Source: Geotalea uraniireducens Rf4 (lineage in GTDB: Bacteria; Desulfobacterota; Desulfuromonadia; Geobacterales; Geobacteraceae). Taken from it: a stretch of 32,000 nucleotides of DNA. The stretch spans positions 300,001 to 332,000 of the forward strand of contig NC_009483.1 of NCBI RefSeq assembly GCF_000016745.1, given 5' to 3'. Positions 1 to 8,090 of the stretch are shown here, piece by piece. The notes under the pieces are model-generated. The model saw nothing but the letters and a program-made list of their open reading frames with translations. It was not told the DNA's origin and did no database searches. The first letter of the stretch is position 1, and the number at the start of each line of letters is the position of its first letter. The position numbers were made by a program, and so were the translations under genes.

Positions 1-2
1 CG

Positions 3-503
3 GTGGCGCTTCCCCAGATCCTCTACAACGTGCCCGGACGCACCGGCGTCAACCTCCTACCCGAAACAGTGGCGCGGCTCGCCGAGCACAAAAACATCGT
101 CGCCATCAAAGAGGCGACCGGCTCGCTGCAGCAGGCCTCCGAGATCATTGACCTGTGCGGCGACAAGATCGACGTCTTTTCCGGCGACGATTTCATCACC
201 TTTCCGATGATGGCCTGCGGCGCCAAGGGGGTCATCTCCGTCACCGCCAACATCATGCCCAAGGAAGTGGCGGCACTGGTTGACGCCTTCTTCGCAGGTA
301 AGATGGAAGAGGCGCGCCAATGGCACCTGAAGCTGCTGAAGATCTCCAACGCCATGTTCATCGAGAGCAACCCGGTGCCGGTCAAGACCGCCGTGGCCCT
401 AATGGGCAAATGCAGCGCCGAAGTCCGTCTGCCGCTGGCACCGCTGGCCGAGGCAAACAAGGTCAAACTTGTTGCGATCATGAAAGAGTACGGACTGATC
501 TAA
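3..503 (+). CDS. dapA: 4-hydroxy-tetrahydrodipicolinate synthase, C-terminal ~166 aa (5' end lies outside the window)
   Basis: ORF is open to the window edge. YNVPGRTG and IKEATG (Schiff-base Lys region) motifs are typical of DapA. dapB follows directly. Confidence 0.9.
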   Translation: MALPQILYNVPGRTGVNLLPETVARLAEHKNIVAIKEATGSLQQASEIIDLCGDKIDVFSGDDFITFPMMACGAKGVISVTANIMPKEVAALVDAFFAGKMEEARQWHLKLLKISNAMFIESNPVPVKTAVALMGKCSAEVRLPLAPLAEANKVKLVAIMKEYGLI

Positions 504-515
504 TCAAACCTTGTA

Positions 516-666
516 ACCGCAAAGGACCCAAAGGGCCTAAAGCGCGAAGGACGCGAAGAGATGCAAACCCAGGAACTCTTCTCAGGTTAAGTCCTGAACC
601 AGGCGACTTTGTCGTCGAGTTTCCTTTGCGCTCTTTGCGTTTTAGGCCCTTTGGGTCCTTTGCGGT
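516..666. repeat. 151-bp element with long terminal inverted repeats in the dapA-dapB spacer (MITE-like or structured RNA)
   Basis: ACCGCAAAGGACCCAAAGGGCCTAAA at 516-541 is a perfect reverse complement of 641-666. The arms continue imperfectly inward (542-560 vs 623-640). Confidence 0.7.
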
Positions 667-686
667 GAAAAAATCTGGAGTTAATT

Positions 687-1490
687 ATGGTTAAGATAGC
701 GGTTTGCGGCGCAGCCGGCCGTATGGGGGGCCGGATCATCGCGGCCATCAGCGAAACAGAAGGTGCGGTAGTCTCCGGCGCGCTGGAACGGCTCGGCCAT
801 CCCATGGTCGGCCAGGATGCGGGCTTCAACGCCGGTCTCGGCGCCATCGGCGTCACGATCAGCGACGACCTGACCGCGGTGGTGCAAGGGTGCGATGTGC
901 TCATCGACTTCACTACCCCCAAGGTTTCCCTGAAGAACCTGGAGGTCTGCGGCCTCAACAAGAAATCGATCGTCATCGGCTCTACCGGCTTCACCCCGGA
1001 AGAGCGGGCCTTGGCGGCCGAGTTGGCCAAGGATATCCCCGTGGTGCTCGCACCCAACATGTCGGTCGGGGTCAACGTCTGCTTCAAGGTGTTGGCCGAT
1101 GTGGCGAAGATTTTGGGCGACGACTTCGACGTGGAGATCGTCGAGGCGCACCACAAGATGAAAAAGGACTCCCCCTCCGGCACCGCGGTGCGCATGGGCG
1201 AGGTGGTGGCCGAGGCCCTCGGGCGCGACTACAACAAGGTGGCCAACTTCCACCGCGAAGGGATCTGCGGCGAGCGGACTAAGGACGAGATCGGCATGCA
1301 GACCATCCGCGGCGGCGACATCGTCGGCGAGCACACCGTCTACTTCATCGGCATGGGGGAGCGGATCGAGATCACCCACCGCGCCCACACCCGCGATATG
1401 TTCTCCAGGGGGAGCGTGCGCGCTGCCAAATGGGTGGTTTCGCAGAAGCCTGGACTATATGACATGCAGGATGTGCTGGGGCTCAGGTAA
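687..1490 (+). CDS. dapB: 4-hydroxy-tetrahydrodipicolinate reductase
   Basis: 267 aa. N-terminal VCGAAGRMGG dinucleotide fold and the EAHHKMKKDSPSGTA signature. GGAG lies upstream of the ATG. Confidence 0.95.
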   Translation: MVKIAVCGAAGRMGGRIIAAISETEGAVVSGALERLGHPMVGQDAGFNAGLGAIGVTISDDLTAVVQGCDVLIDFTTPKVSLKNLEVCGLNKKSIVIGSTGFTPEERALAAELAKDIPVVLAPNMSVGVNVCFKVLADVAKILGDDFDVEIVEAHHKMKKDSPSGTAVRMGEVVAEALGRDYNKVANFHREGICGERTKDEIGMQTIRGGDIVGEHTVYFIGMGERIEITHRAHTRDMFSRGSVRAAKWVVSQKPGLYDMQDVLGLR

Positions 1491-1510
1491 CCCCTCGGGG
1501 AGAAAATCGG

Positions 1511-1822
1511 ATGCTTTCCTTTCAGGACATAGAACAGCTCAGGGACAGGATAGCTCAGGCGCTTCATCCTGAAAAAATATTCCTCTTTGGTTCCTATGCA
1601 GAAGCGAGGGCTACTGAAGACAGTGATGTTGACCTGGTCGTGGTCATGGAGTCGGACTTGGCCCCCCACCAACGAAACGTTGCGCTGAAACGGCTGTTTC
1701 CCCGGCGGTCATTCTCTCTGGATGCATTTGTCTATACCCCGCAGGAATTCACGAAGTATAAGGACATTCCGGGCACCATCGTCTATAACGCCACCCACCA
1801 CGGAAAGCTGCTCTATGGATGA
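1511..1822 (+). CDS. Minimal nucleotidyltransferase (MNT-type antitoxin-like)
   Basis: 103 aa. The LFGSYAEARATEDSDVDLVVV motif (GS...D.D) belongs to the Pol-beta-like NTase fold. The ORF overlaps the next ORF by 8 nt. Confidence 0.8.
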   Translation: MLSFQDIEQLRDRIAQALHPEKIFLFGSYAEARATEDSDVDLVVVMESDLAPHQRNVALKRLFPRRSFSLDAFVYTPQEFTKYKDIPGTIVYNATHHGKLLYG

Positions 1823-2210
1823 AGCGACAACCGATTTTGTCCGGCAGTGGTTCCGCAAGGCGGAACATGATCTGCAAAACATCCGCAACAATCTCGCCGC
1901 TGAGTCGGTGCCTACCGATACGGTTTGCTTCCATGCCCAGCAGGCGATTGAAAAACTTCTCAAAGGTCTGTTGGTTGCGAATGGGAGAAACGTCTCCAAG
2001 ACCCACGATCTCGTGAAGTTGTTGACGGATGTGGCCGATATTATCCCCGAATTGCTGCCGTTTGAGGAGCAGCTTGAAGATATTTCCGAATATGGAGTGG
2101 GTGTCCGTTACCCGGATGACTTTTATGAACCCACACTGGATGAAGCACACCGTGCTTTTGAATTGGCATTGAAAATTGAGGCAATAGTCCTGGATAAGAT
2201 TCAACCTTGA
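1815..2210 (+). CDS. HEPN domain protein (toxin-like partner of the MNT)
   Basis: The ATG at 1815 overlaps the MNT stop (ATGGATGA). WFRKAEHDL...[10 protein letters not shown]...YGVGVRYPD matches the HEPN (PF05168-like) pattern as I recall it. Confidence 0.75.
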   Translation: MDEATTDFVRQWFRKAEHDLQNIRNNLAAESVPTDTVCFHAQQAIEKLLKGLLVANGRNVSKTHDLVKLLTDVADIIPELLPFEEQLEDISEYGVGVRYPDDFYEPTLDEAHRAFELALKIEAIVLDKIQP

Positions 2211-2238
2211 ACATAAAGAAACAAGGAGACAATTTGTT

Positions 2239-3471
2239 ATGGCACTGATTAACGACAACTACCTGAAACTGAAGGCGGGCTACCTCTTCCCGGAGATCGG
2301 CCGCCGCGTGCGCGCCTTTGCAGAGGCGAACCCCTCTGCCAAGGTGATCCGCCTGGGGATCGGCGACGTGACGAGACCGCTTGCCCCAGCCGTCCTCAAG
2401 GCGTTCCACGCCGCTGTCGACGATCTCGGCACTACTGACAACTTTGCCGGCTACGGCCCGGAGCAGGGGTACGACTGGCTGATCAACGCCATCATCGAGA
2501 AGTCCTACAAGCCGCTCGGCGTTTCCCTGAAGACGGACGAGATGTTCATCTCCGACGGCTCCAAGTGCGACTGCGCCAACATCCTCGACATCTTCGCCCT
2601 CGACAACGTGGTGGCCATCGGCGACCCGGTCTACCCGGTCTACAACGACACCAACGTCATGATCGGCCGCACCGGCGAGGCGGACGACAAGGGGTATTAC
2701 AAAGGCATCGTCTACATGCCGTGCAACGAGGAGAACCACTTCATCCCCTCTCTCCCCACGGAGAAGGTGGACATCATCTACCTCTGCTTCCCCAACAACC
2801 CGACCGGCACCGTCGCCTCCAGGGCCGAGCTGAAGAAGTGGGTCGACTACGCCAACGCCAACGACGCGGTCATCTTTTTCGACGCAGCCTACGAGGCGTT
2901 CATCACCGATCCCGAAATCCCCCACTCCATCTACGAGATCGAAGGTGCCAAGAAGTGCGCCATCGAGTTCCGCTCCTTCTCCAAGACCGCCGGCTTTACG
3001 GGCGTGCGCTGCGGCCTCGTGGTCGTTCCGGAAGAGGTGATGGGGACGACATCAACAGGCGAGCGGTACAGCTTCAACAAGCTCTGGCTGCGCCGCACCA
3101 CCACCAAGTTCAACGGCGCCTCCTACCCGGTACAGCGGGCCGCAGAAGCAGTCTACTCCGACGAGGGGTGGAAGCAGACGAAAGAGATCATCGACTATTA
3201 CATGGAGAACGCCCGGATCATCCGCGAAGGGATGAAGGAAGCCGGTCTGACTGTCTATGGCGGCGTCAATGCCCCCTACATCTGGCTGAAGACCCCGGCC
3301 GGCATGACCAGCTGGGATTTCTTCGACAAGCTCCTCACCGAGTGCAACGTGGTCGGTACCCCTGGCTCCGGCTTCGGTCCCAGCGGGGAAGGGTACTTTA
3401 GATTGTCGGCCTTCGGCCATCGAGAGAATGTGATTGAGGCGGTGGAGAGGATCAAGAAGAATTTGAAGTAG
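2239..3471 (+). CDS. dapL: LL-diaminopimelate aminotransferase
   Basis: 410 aa. N-terminal [17 protein letters not shown], the [13 protein letters not shown]-lysine motif and the position after dapA-dapB. Confidence 0.9.
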   Translation: MALINDNYLKLKAGYLFPEIGRRVRAFAEANPSAKVIRLGIGDVTRPLAPAVLKAFHAAVDDLGTTDNFAGYGPEQGYDWLINAIIEKSYKPLGVSLKTDEMFISDGSKCDCANILDIFALDNVVAIGDPVYPVYNDTNVMIGRTGEADDKGYYKGIVYMPCNEENHFIPSLPTEKVDIIYLCFPNNPTGTVASRAELKKWVDYANANDAVIFFDAAYEAFITDPEIPHSIYEIEGAKKCAIEFRSFSKTAGFTGVRCGLVVVPEEVMGTTSTGERYSFNKLWLRRTTTKFNGASYPVQRAAEAVYSDEGWKQTKEIIDYYMENARIIREGMKEAGLTVYGGVNAPYIWLKTPAGMTSWDFFDKLLTECNVVGTPGSGFGPSGEGYFRLSAFGHRENVIEAVERIKKNLK

Positions 3472-3480
3472 CGTATGACA

Positions 3481-3512
3481 GCAAAAGGCGACTGCGATTG
3501 GTCGCCTTTTGC
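3481..3512 (+). terminator. Hairpin terminator after dapL
   Basis: GCAAAAGGCGAC-N8-GTCGCCTTTTGC forms a 12-bp stem 10 nt after the dapL stop. The hairpin sequence is related to that of the repeat family listed below. Confidence 0.55.
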
Positions 3513-3581
3513 ATATCTGGTTTTGACCGATTTCAGACGTTCGATTATAATTGAATTAATCCTTGGCACGAAGGGAACGGT

Positions 3582-3842
3582 ATGCCGGAAATTTCCAGAT
3601 TTTATGGGATTATCGTGGCAATGTACTACGATGAGCATAATCCACCGCATTTTCATGCCCGATATGGCAGCCACGAGGTTATTATCCGTATTAAGGATTT
3701 AGCCCGGATTGCCGGAAGTTTTCCTCCTCGTGCGCTCGGCATGTTGCTGGAATGGACGGCGCTTCATCAAGAGGAAATCATGGACAATTGGACGAGAGCC
3801 AGGAATGACCAGGAGCTGAAGTCTGTTTCACCGCTCGACTAG
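3582..3842 (+). CDS. DUF4160 family protein
   Basis: 86 aa. MPEISRFYGIIVAMYYDEHNPPHFHARYG is the hallmark N-terminus of DUF4160. Confidence 0.8.
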   Translation: MPEISRFYGIIVAMYYDEHNPPHFHARYGSHEVIIRIKDLARIAGSFPPRALGMLLEWTALHQEEIMDNWTRARNDQELKSVSPLD

Positions 3843-3851
3843 GGGGACGCT

Positions 3852-4136
3852 ATGTATTATGACATCAGAGATTTCAAGCATCTTGAGGGGTATCAAGTTG
3901 AGCTCAAGTTTGACGATTCTCGTACGGGCATCGTCGACTTTGGCCGGTACGTAAATCGAGGCGGAGTATTCAGCAGGTTTGCCGATATGGAGTATTTTCG
4001 GCAGGCGGCCATCGAATCAGGTGTTCTATGTTGGCCTGGAGGGGTGGATATAGCCCCGGAAACACTCTATCATGAGGCAACTGGAGAACCTTTACCCATG
4101 TGGATGCATGATGAGGGACAAGGGGAAGCAGCTTGA
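3852..4136 (+). CDS. DUF2442 family protein
   Basis: 94 aa. The pattern ...ELKFDDSRTGIVDF...GGVFSRF...VLCWPGGVDIAPETLY fits DUF2442. It lies 9 nt after the DUF4160 gene, which is the usual pairing. Confidence 0.8.
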   Translation: MYYDIRDFKHLEGYQVELKFDDSRTGIVDFGRYVNRGGVFSRFADMEYFRQAAIESGVLCWPGGVDIAPETLYHEATGEPLPMWMHDEGQGEAA

Positions 4137-4308
4137 ACAGGGTTTTATCATGACAGTTGAAGAATTCAACAAGAATAACGGTTCTGACCGTATAGAGCTG
4201 ATCGACGACACAGAAGAAGCACGTGCGAAGTTCGGTGAGACTTCGGCGCGTTCGAGTTCAAGCTGACCCCCGAATTCGCCCCGTTAACAAATCTCAAGGA
4301 GCGGCAGT

Positions 4309-4608
4309 ATGGTCAGAGACAGAAATGATATTCTTACATTCTTGCAAACACACAAGGATGAAATGGCGCAGCGTTTCGGTGTGGTGAGCGTCGGTCTCTT
4401 CGGCAGTTATGCACGAGGAGAGGCTCGTGAAGATTCTGACATTGACATTGCCATAGAACTAAAGCCCGAAAAGAAATCCTTGAGTAACTTCTTCGGTATT
4501 AGGCGTTATCTTGAGCAGCAGCTGGGCAAGACGGTCGATCTGGGGATAGAGAGCACCTTAAAGCCGTTGGCGCGGAAAATGGTTGCCAAGGAAATCATCC
4601 ATGTCTGA
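4309..4608 (+). CDS. Nucleotidyltransferase (MntA-like antitoxin)
   Basis: 99 aa with GLFGSYARGEAREDSDIDIAIE. Its stop overlaps the start of the DUF86 ORF. Confidence 0.8.
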   Translation: MVRDRNDILTFLQTHKDEMAQRFGVVSVGLFGSYARGEAREDSDIDIAIELKPEKKSLSNFFGIRRYLEQQLGKTVDLGIESTLKPLARKMVAKEIIHV

Positions 4609-4789
4609 GCGTCCACAGCTTCTCTATTGTCAGGACATTCTTGAATCCGGCGCGGCCATCCAGTCGTATGTTCAGGGCATGACCTGTGATGCCTTTGCTC
4701 AGGACCGCATGCGTTACTCGGCGGTGATCCGGGAGTTCGAAATTATCGGCGAGGCAGTAGGCAAGCTGCAAAAATCACAAAAACTATAA
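4601..4789 (+). pseudogene. Truncated DUF86/HepT-like HEPN toxin (N-terminal ~62 aa only)
   Basis: MSERPQLLYCQDILESGAAIQSYV...VIREFEIIGEAVGKL is the DUF86 N-terminal half. The ORF ends where composition turns AT-rich, before the expected R-x4-6-H active-site region. Confidence 0.65.
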
Positions 4790-4804
4790 ATATACGAGGC
4801 TGAA

Positions 4805-5407
4805 ATGAAAATATATTGCGCTGGGCCACTATTTAATCCAAAAGAAAAAGAAGAAATGCAAGAGATAGCGGATATTCTTGAAATGAATGACTTCAAGGTA
4901 TTTCTCCCCCACAGAGATGGTTTGGAATTTAGTAATCTTATGACTACATTTTCAGAAATGGGAATCTCAAATGAAAAAGCTATTCAAGTGCTAAACAAGG
5001 CTATATTTACTCTTGACGTATTTCAGGTCCTTGATAGTGATGGCCTAATTTTGAACATGAATGGACGCGTTCCTGACGAGGGCGCAATGGTTGAAGCTGG
5101 TATCGCTTGGAATGCTGGTAAAGCAATGGTTATATATAAGAACGACGCAAGAACATTGTTAAACGGGAATGATAATCCACTTCTCCTCGGGCTAAGTAAT
5201 TTTGAAACAGTCAGTAAAATATCAGAAATACCAAGTAAGTTTAATTCATTATTGGCAGATGAACCCACACATGGCAAAATAGATAACACCAGAATAAAGA
5301 ATTTGTATAAAAAGGGTGAAGAAGTTTATAAAGTTGCAACATCTAATAAAGATGAAAGCGTAATTTGCCGTGATCTTATGGTTATTTTGGAGGTATGTTG
5401 TGTGTAA
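4805..5407 (+). CDS. Nucleoside 2-deoxyribosyltransferase-like (NDT/deoxyribohydrolase fold) protein
   Basis: 200 aa. MKIYCAGPLFNPKEKEE...VFLPHRDG plus RVPDEGAMVEAGIAWNAGKAMVIY resemble the PF05014 family. GAGG lies 5 nt upstream of the ATG. The gene is AT-rich. Confidence 0.7.
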   Translation: MKIYCAGPLFNPKEKEEMQEIADILEMNDFKVFLPHRDGLEFSNLMTTFSEMGISNEKAIQVLNKAIFTLDVFQVLDSDGLILNMNGRVPDEGAMVEAGIAWNAGKAMVIYKNDARTLLNGNDNPLLLGLSNFETVSKISEIPSKFNSLLADEPTHGKIDNTRIKNLYKKGEEVYKVATSNKDESVICRDLMVILEVCCV

Positions 5408-6557
5408 ACCTTTTGACGAGAAGTTAATATATACAAGTGAATACGCTGCATTGTCAGCGAATTCCAAAGGTAGAGTTAAGGCTTTAGAGCCGGACTCGTA
5501 CAGGACGGAATACCAAAGAGACATCCACAGAATTATTTATTGCCAGTCATTCCGAAGGTTACGCCACAAGACGCAGGTCTTTTTCATGCCGAATAATGAT
5601 CATATTTGCACCAGAATGGAGCATGTTCTTCATGTCTCTTCAGCTTCACGTACTGTCGCACGACATCTCAGGCTTAATGAAGACCTTGTAGAGGCAATAG
5701 GCTTAGGCCATGATTTGGGACATGCTCCATTTGGGCATCATGGTGAACATGTTCTAAACGACATTTCCAAACAGGCAGGACTGAATCAGTCTTTTCAACA
5801 TGAAATGCACGGGCTCAGGGTTATTGATAAGTTAGCAGAATTGGATCGTGAGCCGTCTGCCGGTTTAAATTTAACGTATGAGGTTCGTGATGGAATTGTC
5901 TCTCATTGCGGGGAAGATTTCAAATCAAATACATTGAAACCTTTTGAAGGAGACAAAAATTTAAGTAAAATTGTAGACAAAAAAACTTGCGGCATGCCGT
6001 TAACATATGAAGGATGCATAGTTAGGATTGTTGACAGGATTGCTTATGCAGGCCGAGATGTAGAAGACGCGATTGTAGCTGGTCTCATTGACGATAAAGC
6101 AATACCAAAAGATATTGTCAAAGCGTTGGGACGTAATAACGGTGAAATAATAGGAACCTTACTTGTAGACTTGATTGAGTACAGTAAGAAAAACGAAGGA
6201 GAAATTGGTTTAAGCAAAGAAAAGCACGAACCTTTACAGGCTTTGATTCATTGGAATTACGAGAACATATATACATGTGCGAGGACTGATAAATATAAAA
6301 AGCAGGCTACACTCGCTCTGCAAGAGTTATTTTTCAGGTTGGTTTCAGATTTAGAAAGGACTGATCGCCTTACAGCAGGAGTTAAAGAACTTCCTGAAGC
6401 AACTATATATGATGTTTTGGCTACGTTCATTGAAAAAGTTGGTTATACTCCGGAGGATAAAAATGAGCTGATTGTTTTAGATTTTATTTCAGGCATGACA
6501 GATAACTATGTTCTGAAATGTCTTGACGAGGTCTTTGTTCCAAAATGCATAACTTAA
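5400..6557 (+). CDS. dGTP triphosphohydrolase-like HD-domain protein
   Basis: Motifs YQRDIHRIIYCQSFRRLRHKTQVF, TRMEHVLHVS and GLGHDLGHAPFGHHGE. The likely start is GTG 5400, with GGAGG at 5389-5393; ATG 5370 is an alternative. The start overlaps the upstream stop. Confidence 0.85.
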   Translation: MCKPFDEKLIYTSEYAALSANSKGRVKALEPDSYRTEYQRDIHRIIYCQSFRRLRHKTQVFFMPNNDHICTRMEHVLHVSSASRTVARHLRLNEDLVEAIGLGHDLGHAPFGHHGEHVLNDISKQAGLNQSFQHEMHGLRVIDKLAELDREPSAGLNLTYEVRDGIVSHCGEDFKSNTLKPFEGDKNLSKIVDKKTCGMPLTYEGCIVRIVDRIAYAGRDVEDAIVAGLIDDKAIPKDIVKALGRNNGEIIGTLLVDLIEYSKKNEGEIGLSKEKHEPLQALIHWNYENIYTCARTDKYKKQATLALQELFFRLVSDLERTDRLTAGVKELPEATIYDVLATFIEKVGYTPEDKNELIVLDFISGMTDNYVLKCLDEVFVPKCIT

Positions 6558-6595
6558 GGAAATATGAGACACACCACCATTTTTAGCTTACCCGG

Positions 6596-6693
6596 ACAGA
6601 GTTCCGGGGACCAGAGTTCCACAGAGTTCCGCCAGAGTTCCGCCAGAGTTCCGCCAGAGTTCCGCCAGAGTTCCGCCAGAGTTCCGCCAGAGT
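6596..6693 (+). repeat. 11-bp tandem repeat array (CAGAGTTCCGC), left part
   Basis: About 8.5 head-to-tail units are visible. The first units are degenerate (CAGAGTTCCGGGGAC, CAGAGTTCCA). The array is cut by the IS256-family element. Confidence 0.9.
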
Positions 6694-8018
6694 GAGGGTG
6701 TAAAAAGGTTTGTGTAAATGGTCATTAGGGGGTACACCAAGTTACCCTAAGGAGATCACATGACTATTAACACCGACGTAATCGACGACCTGCTCAAACA
6801 TTACAAGACCCCCGAAGAGATTCTAGGGGAAAACGGGCTGCTGAAGCAATTGACCAAGGCTGTTCTTCAGCGGGCGCTCCAGGCTGAAATGACACTGCAT
6901 CTCGGCCACGAGAAGCATGCTTCCGTTTCCGCCAAGGGTGGCAATGCACGCAATGGCTCGTCGGCAAAGACCATCAAAGGCGATTTCGGCACCATGCCGA
7001 TTGAGGTCCCTCGTGACCGGGATAGCAGCTTTGAACCAGTCATCATTCCCAAGGGCCAAACCCGGTTCGCCGAGTTCGATGATAAGATTATCTCTCTGTA
7101 CTCCCGCGGGCTTACCACTCGTGAGATCCAGGGTCACTTGGAGGAAATCTACGGAGTTGAGGTATCCCCCGCCCTGATTTCAATAGTGACTGAAGCAGTA
7201 GCTGAAGAGGTCAAAACCTGGCAGAACCGCCCGTTGGATGCGCTTTATCCCATCGTCTACATGGATGCCATCAGGGTCAAAGCCAGAGGCAATGGCCATG
7301 TTGTGAACAAGGCTGTCTATCTGGCCATCGGCATCAACACAGACGGCGCCAAAGAAGTTCTGGGAATGTGGGTTTCCGAGAACGAAGGTGCCAAGTTCTG
7401 GCTTCAGGTTGTTACCGAACTAAAGAACCGTGGTGTCCAGGACATCTTCATTGCCTGCGTTGACGGCCTAAAGGGGTTCCCTGAGGCCATAGAGACCGTT
7501 TTCCCGAACACTCAGGTCCAGCTTTGCATCGTCCACATGGTACGCAACTCTTTGAAATTCGTCTCGTGGAAGCAGCGTAAAGAGGTCGCTGCTGATCTGA
7601 AGGTAATCTACCAGTCGGCGACAGCAGAGCAGGCCGAAATGGAACTGACGGCATTTGAGGCGAAGTGGGATAAAACGCACCCGACTATCGGCCAGTCATG
7701 GCGCCGGAACTGGGAGCAAATCACGCCTTTTTTCGCTTATCCTGCTGATATCAGAAAGGTTATCTATACCACCAACGCCATTGAATCCCTGAATATGTCG
7801 CTCAGAAAGGTGACCAAAAACCGGGGTTCGTTTCCCAATGACGAGGCAATGCTCAAGCTACTTTATCTGGCGCTGAAAAACATCGCGAAGAAATGGACCC
7901 TGCCGATCAGGGACTGGAAGGCTGCGATGAATCGCTTTTCCATCCTTTTTGAAGACAGAATGCCAAGCTATTAAAAACCGGGAACCAAAACCATTTACAC
8001 AAAACTATTGACAGGCCC
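6694..8018 (+). mobile_element. IS256-family insertion sequence (~1.3 kb)
   Basis: Imperfect terminal inverted repeats are GAGGGTGTAAAAAGGTTTGTGTAAATGG (left) and CCATTTACACAAAACTATTGACAGGCCC (right). CCAGAGT occurs on both flanks, but this possible target duplication is ambiguous because the element sits in a tandem array. Confidence 0.8.
6760..7974 (+). CDS. IS256-family (Mutator-type) transposase
   Basis: 404 aa. The N-terminal ...LLKQLTKAVLQRALQAEMTLHLGHEKH... and the ...YTTNAIESLN... motif are typical of IS256 transposases. Confidence 0.95.
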   Translation: MTINTDVIDDLLKHYKTPEEILGENGLLKQLTKAVLQRALQAEMTLHLGHEKHASVSAKGGNARNGSSAKTIKGDFGTMPIEVPRDRDSSFEPVIIPKGQTRFAEFDDKIISLYSRGLTTREIQGHLEEIYGVEVSPALISIVTEAVAEEVKTWQNRPLDALYPIVYMDAIRVKARGNGHVVNKAVYLAIGINTDGAKEVLGMWVSENEGAKFWLQVVTELKNRGVQDIFIACVDGLKGFPEAIETVFPNTQVQLCIVHMVRNSLKFVSWKQRKEVAADLKVIYQSATAEQAEMELTAFEAKWDKTHPTIGQSWRRNWEQITPFFAYPADIRKVIYTTNAIESLNMSLRKVTKNRGSFPNDEAMLKLLYLALKNIAKKWTLPIRDWKAAMNRFSILFEDRMPSY

Positions 8019-8090
8019 CCAGAGTTCCGCCAGAGTTCCGCCAGAGGATTCCGCCAGAGGATTCCGAGGGGATTCCGGGATTCCGAGGGG
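8019..8090 (+). repeat. Continuation of the 11-bp tandem array, degenerating into GGATTCCG units
   Basis: Two CAGAGTTCCGC units are followed by CAGAGGATTCCGC, CAGAGGATTCCGAGG, GGATTCCG and GGATTCCGAGGGGAC. The last unit merges into copy A of the composite element. Confidence 0.85.

Noticed and set aside
681-1388. Long minus-strand ORFs antisense to dapB, and similar ones opposite dapL (2041-2925, 3052-3420), the MFS genes (11120-11407, 17908-18573, 17953-18339, 18204-18833), nfi (22326-23077), the CHASE4 sensor (25494-26547), the MBL gene (27140-27826) and srkA (28472-29566)
   Set aside because: High-GC genomes produce long open frames on the opposite strand and in shifted frames. These products are Arg/Gly/Pro/His-rich with low complexity and no motifs. 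Each is fully covered by a gene with clear family signatures.
3553-3572. TTGGCACGAAGGGAACGG upstream of the DUF4160 gene as a sigma54 promoter
   Set aside because: The -24 GG and GC elements are present, but the -12 region is GGGAAC and lacks the TTGC(A/T) element at the correct spacing.
4072-4266. 64-aa ORF overlapping the DUF2442 3' end (an internal Met at 4150 gives MTVEEFNKNNGSDRIELIDDTEEARAKFGETSARSSSS)
   Set aside because: It has no recognisable motif, its first half overlaps DUF2442 out of frame, and there is no convincing RBS. It could be a real micro-ORF, but I cannot support that from sequence alone.
6566-6697. ORF reading through the 11-bp array (MRHTTIFSLPGQSSGDQSSTEFRQSSARVPPEF...)
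   Set aside because: The periodic peptide is a by-product of an 11-bp repeat being read in all three frames. The ORF ends at the IS junction and no RBS is evident.
6596-8090. Possible CRISPR array
   Set aside because: The units are 11 bp and directly abutting, with no spacers, and no cas genes are nearby. This is a microsatellite-like tandem repeat, not a CRISPR.
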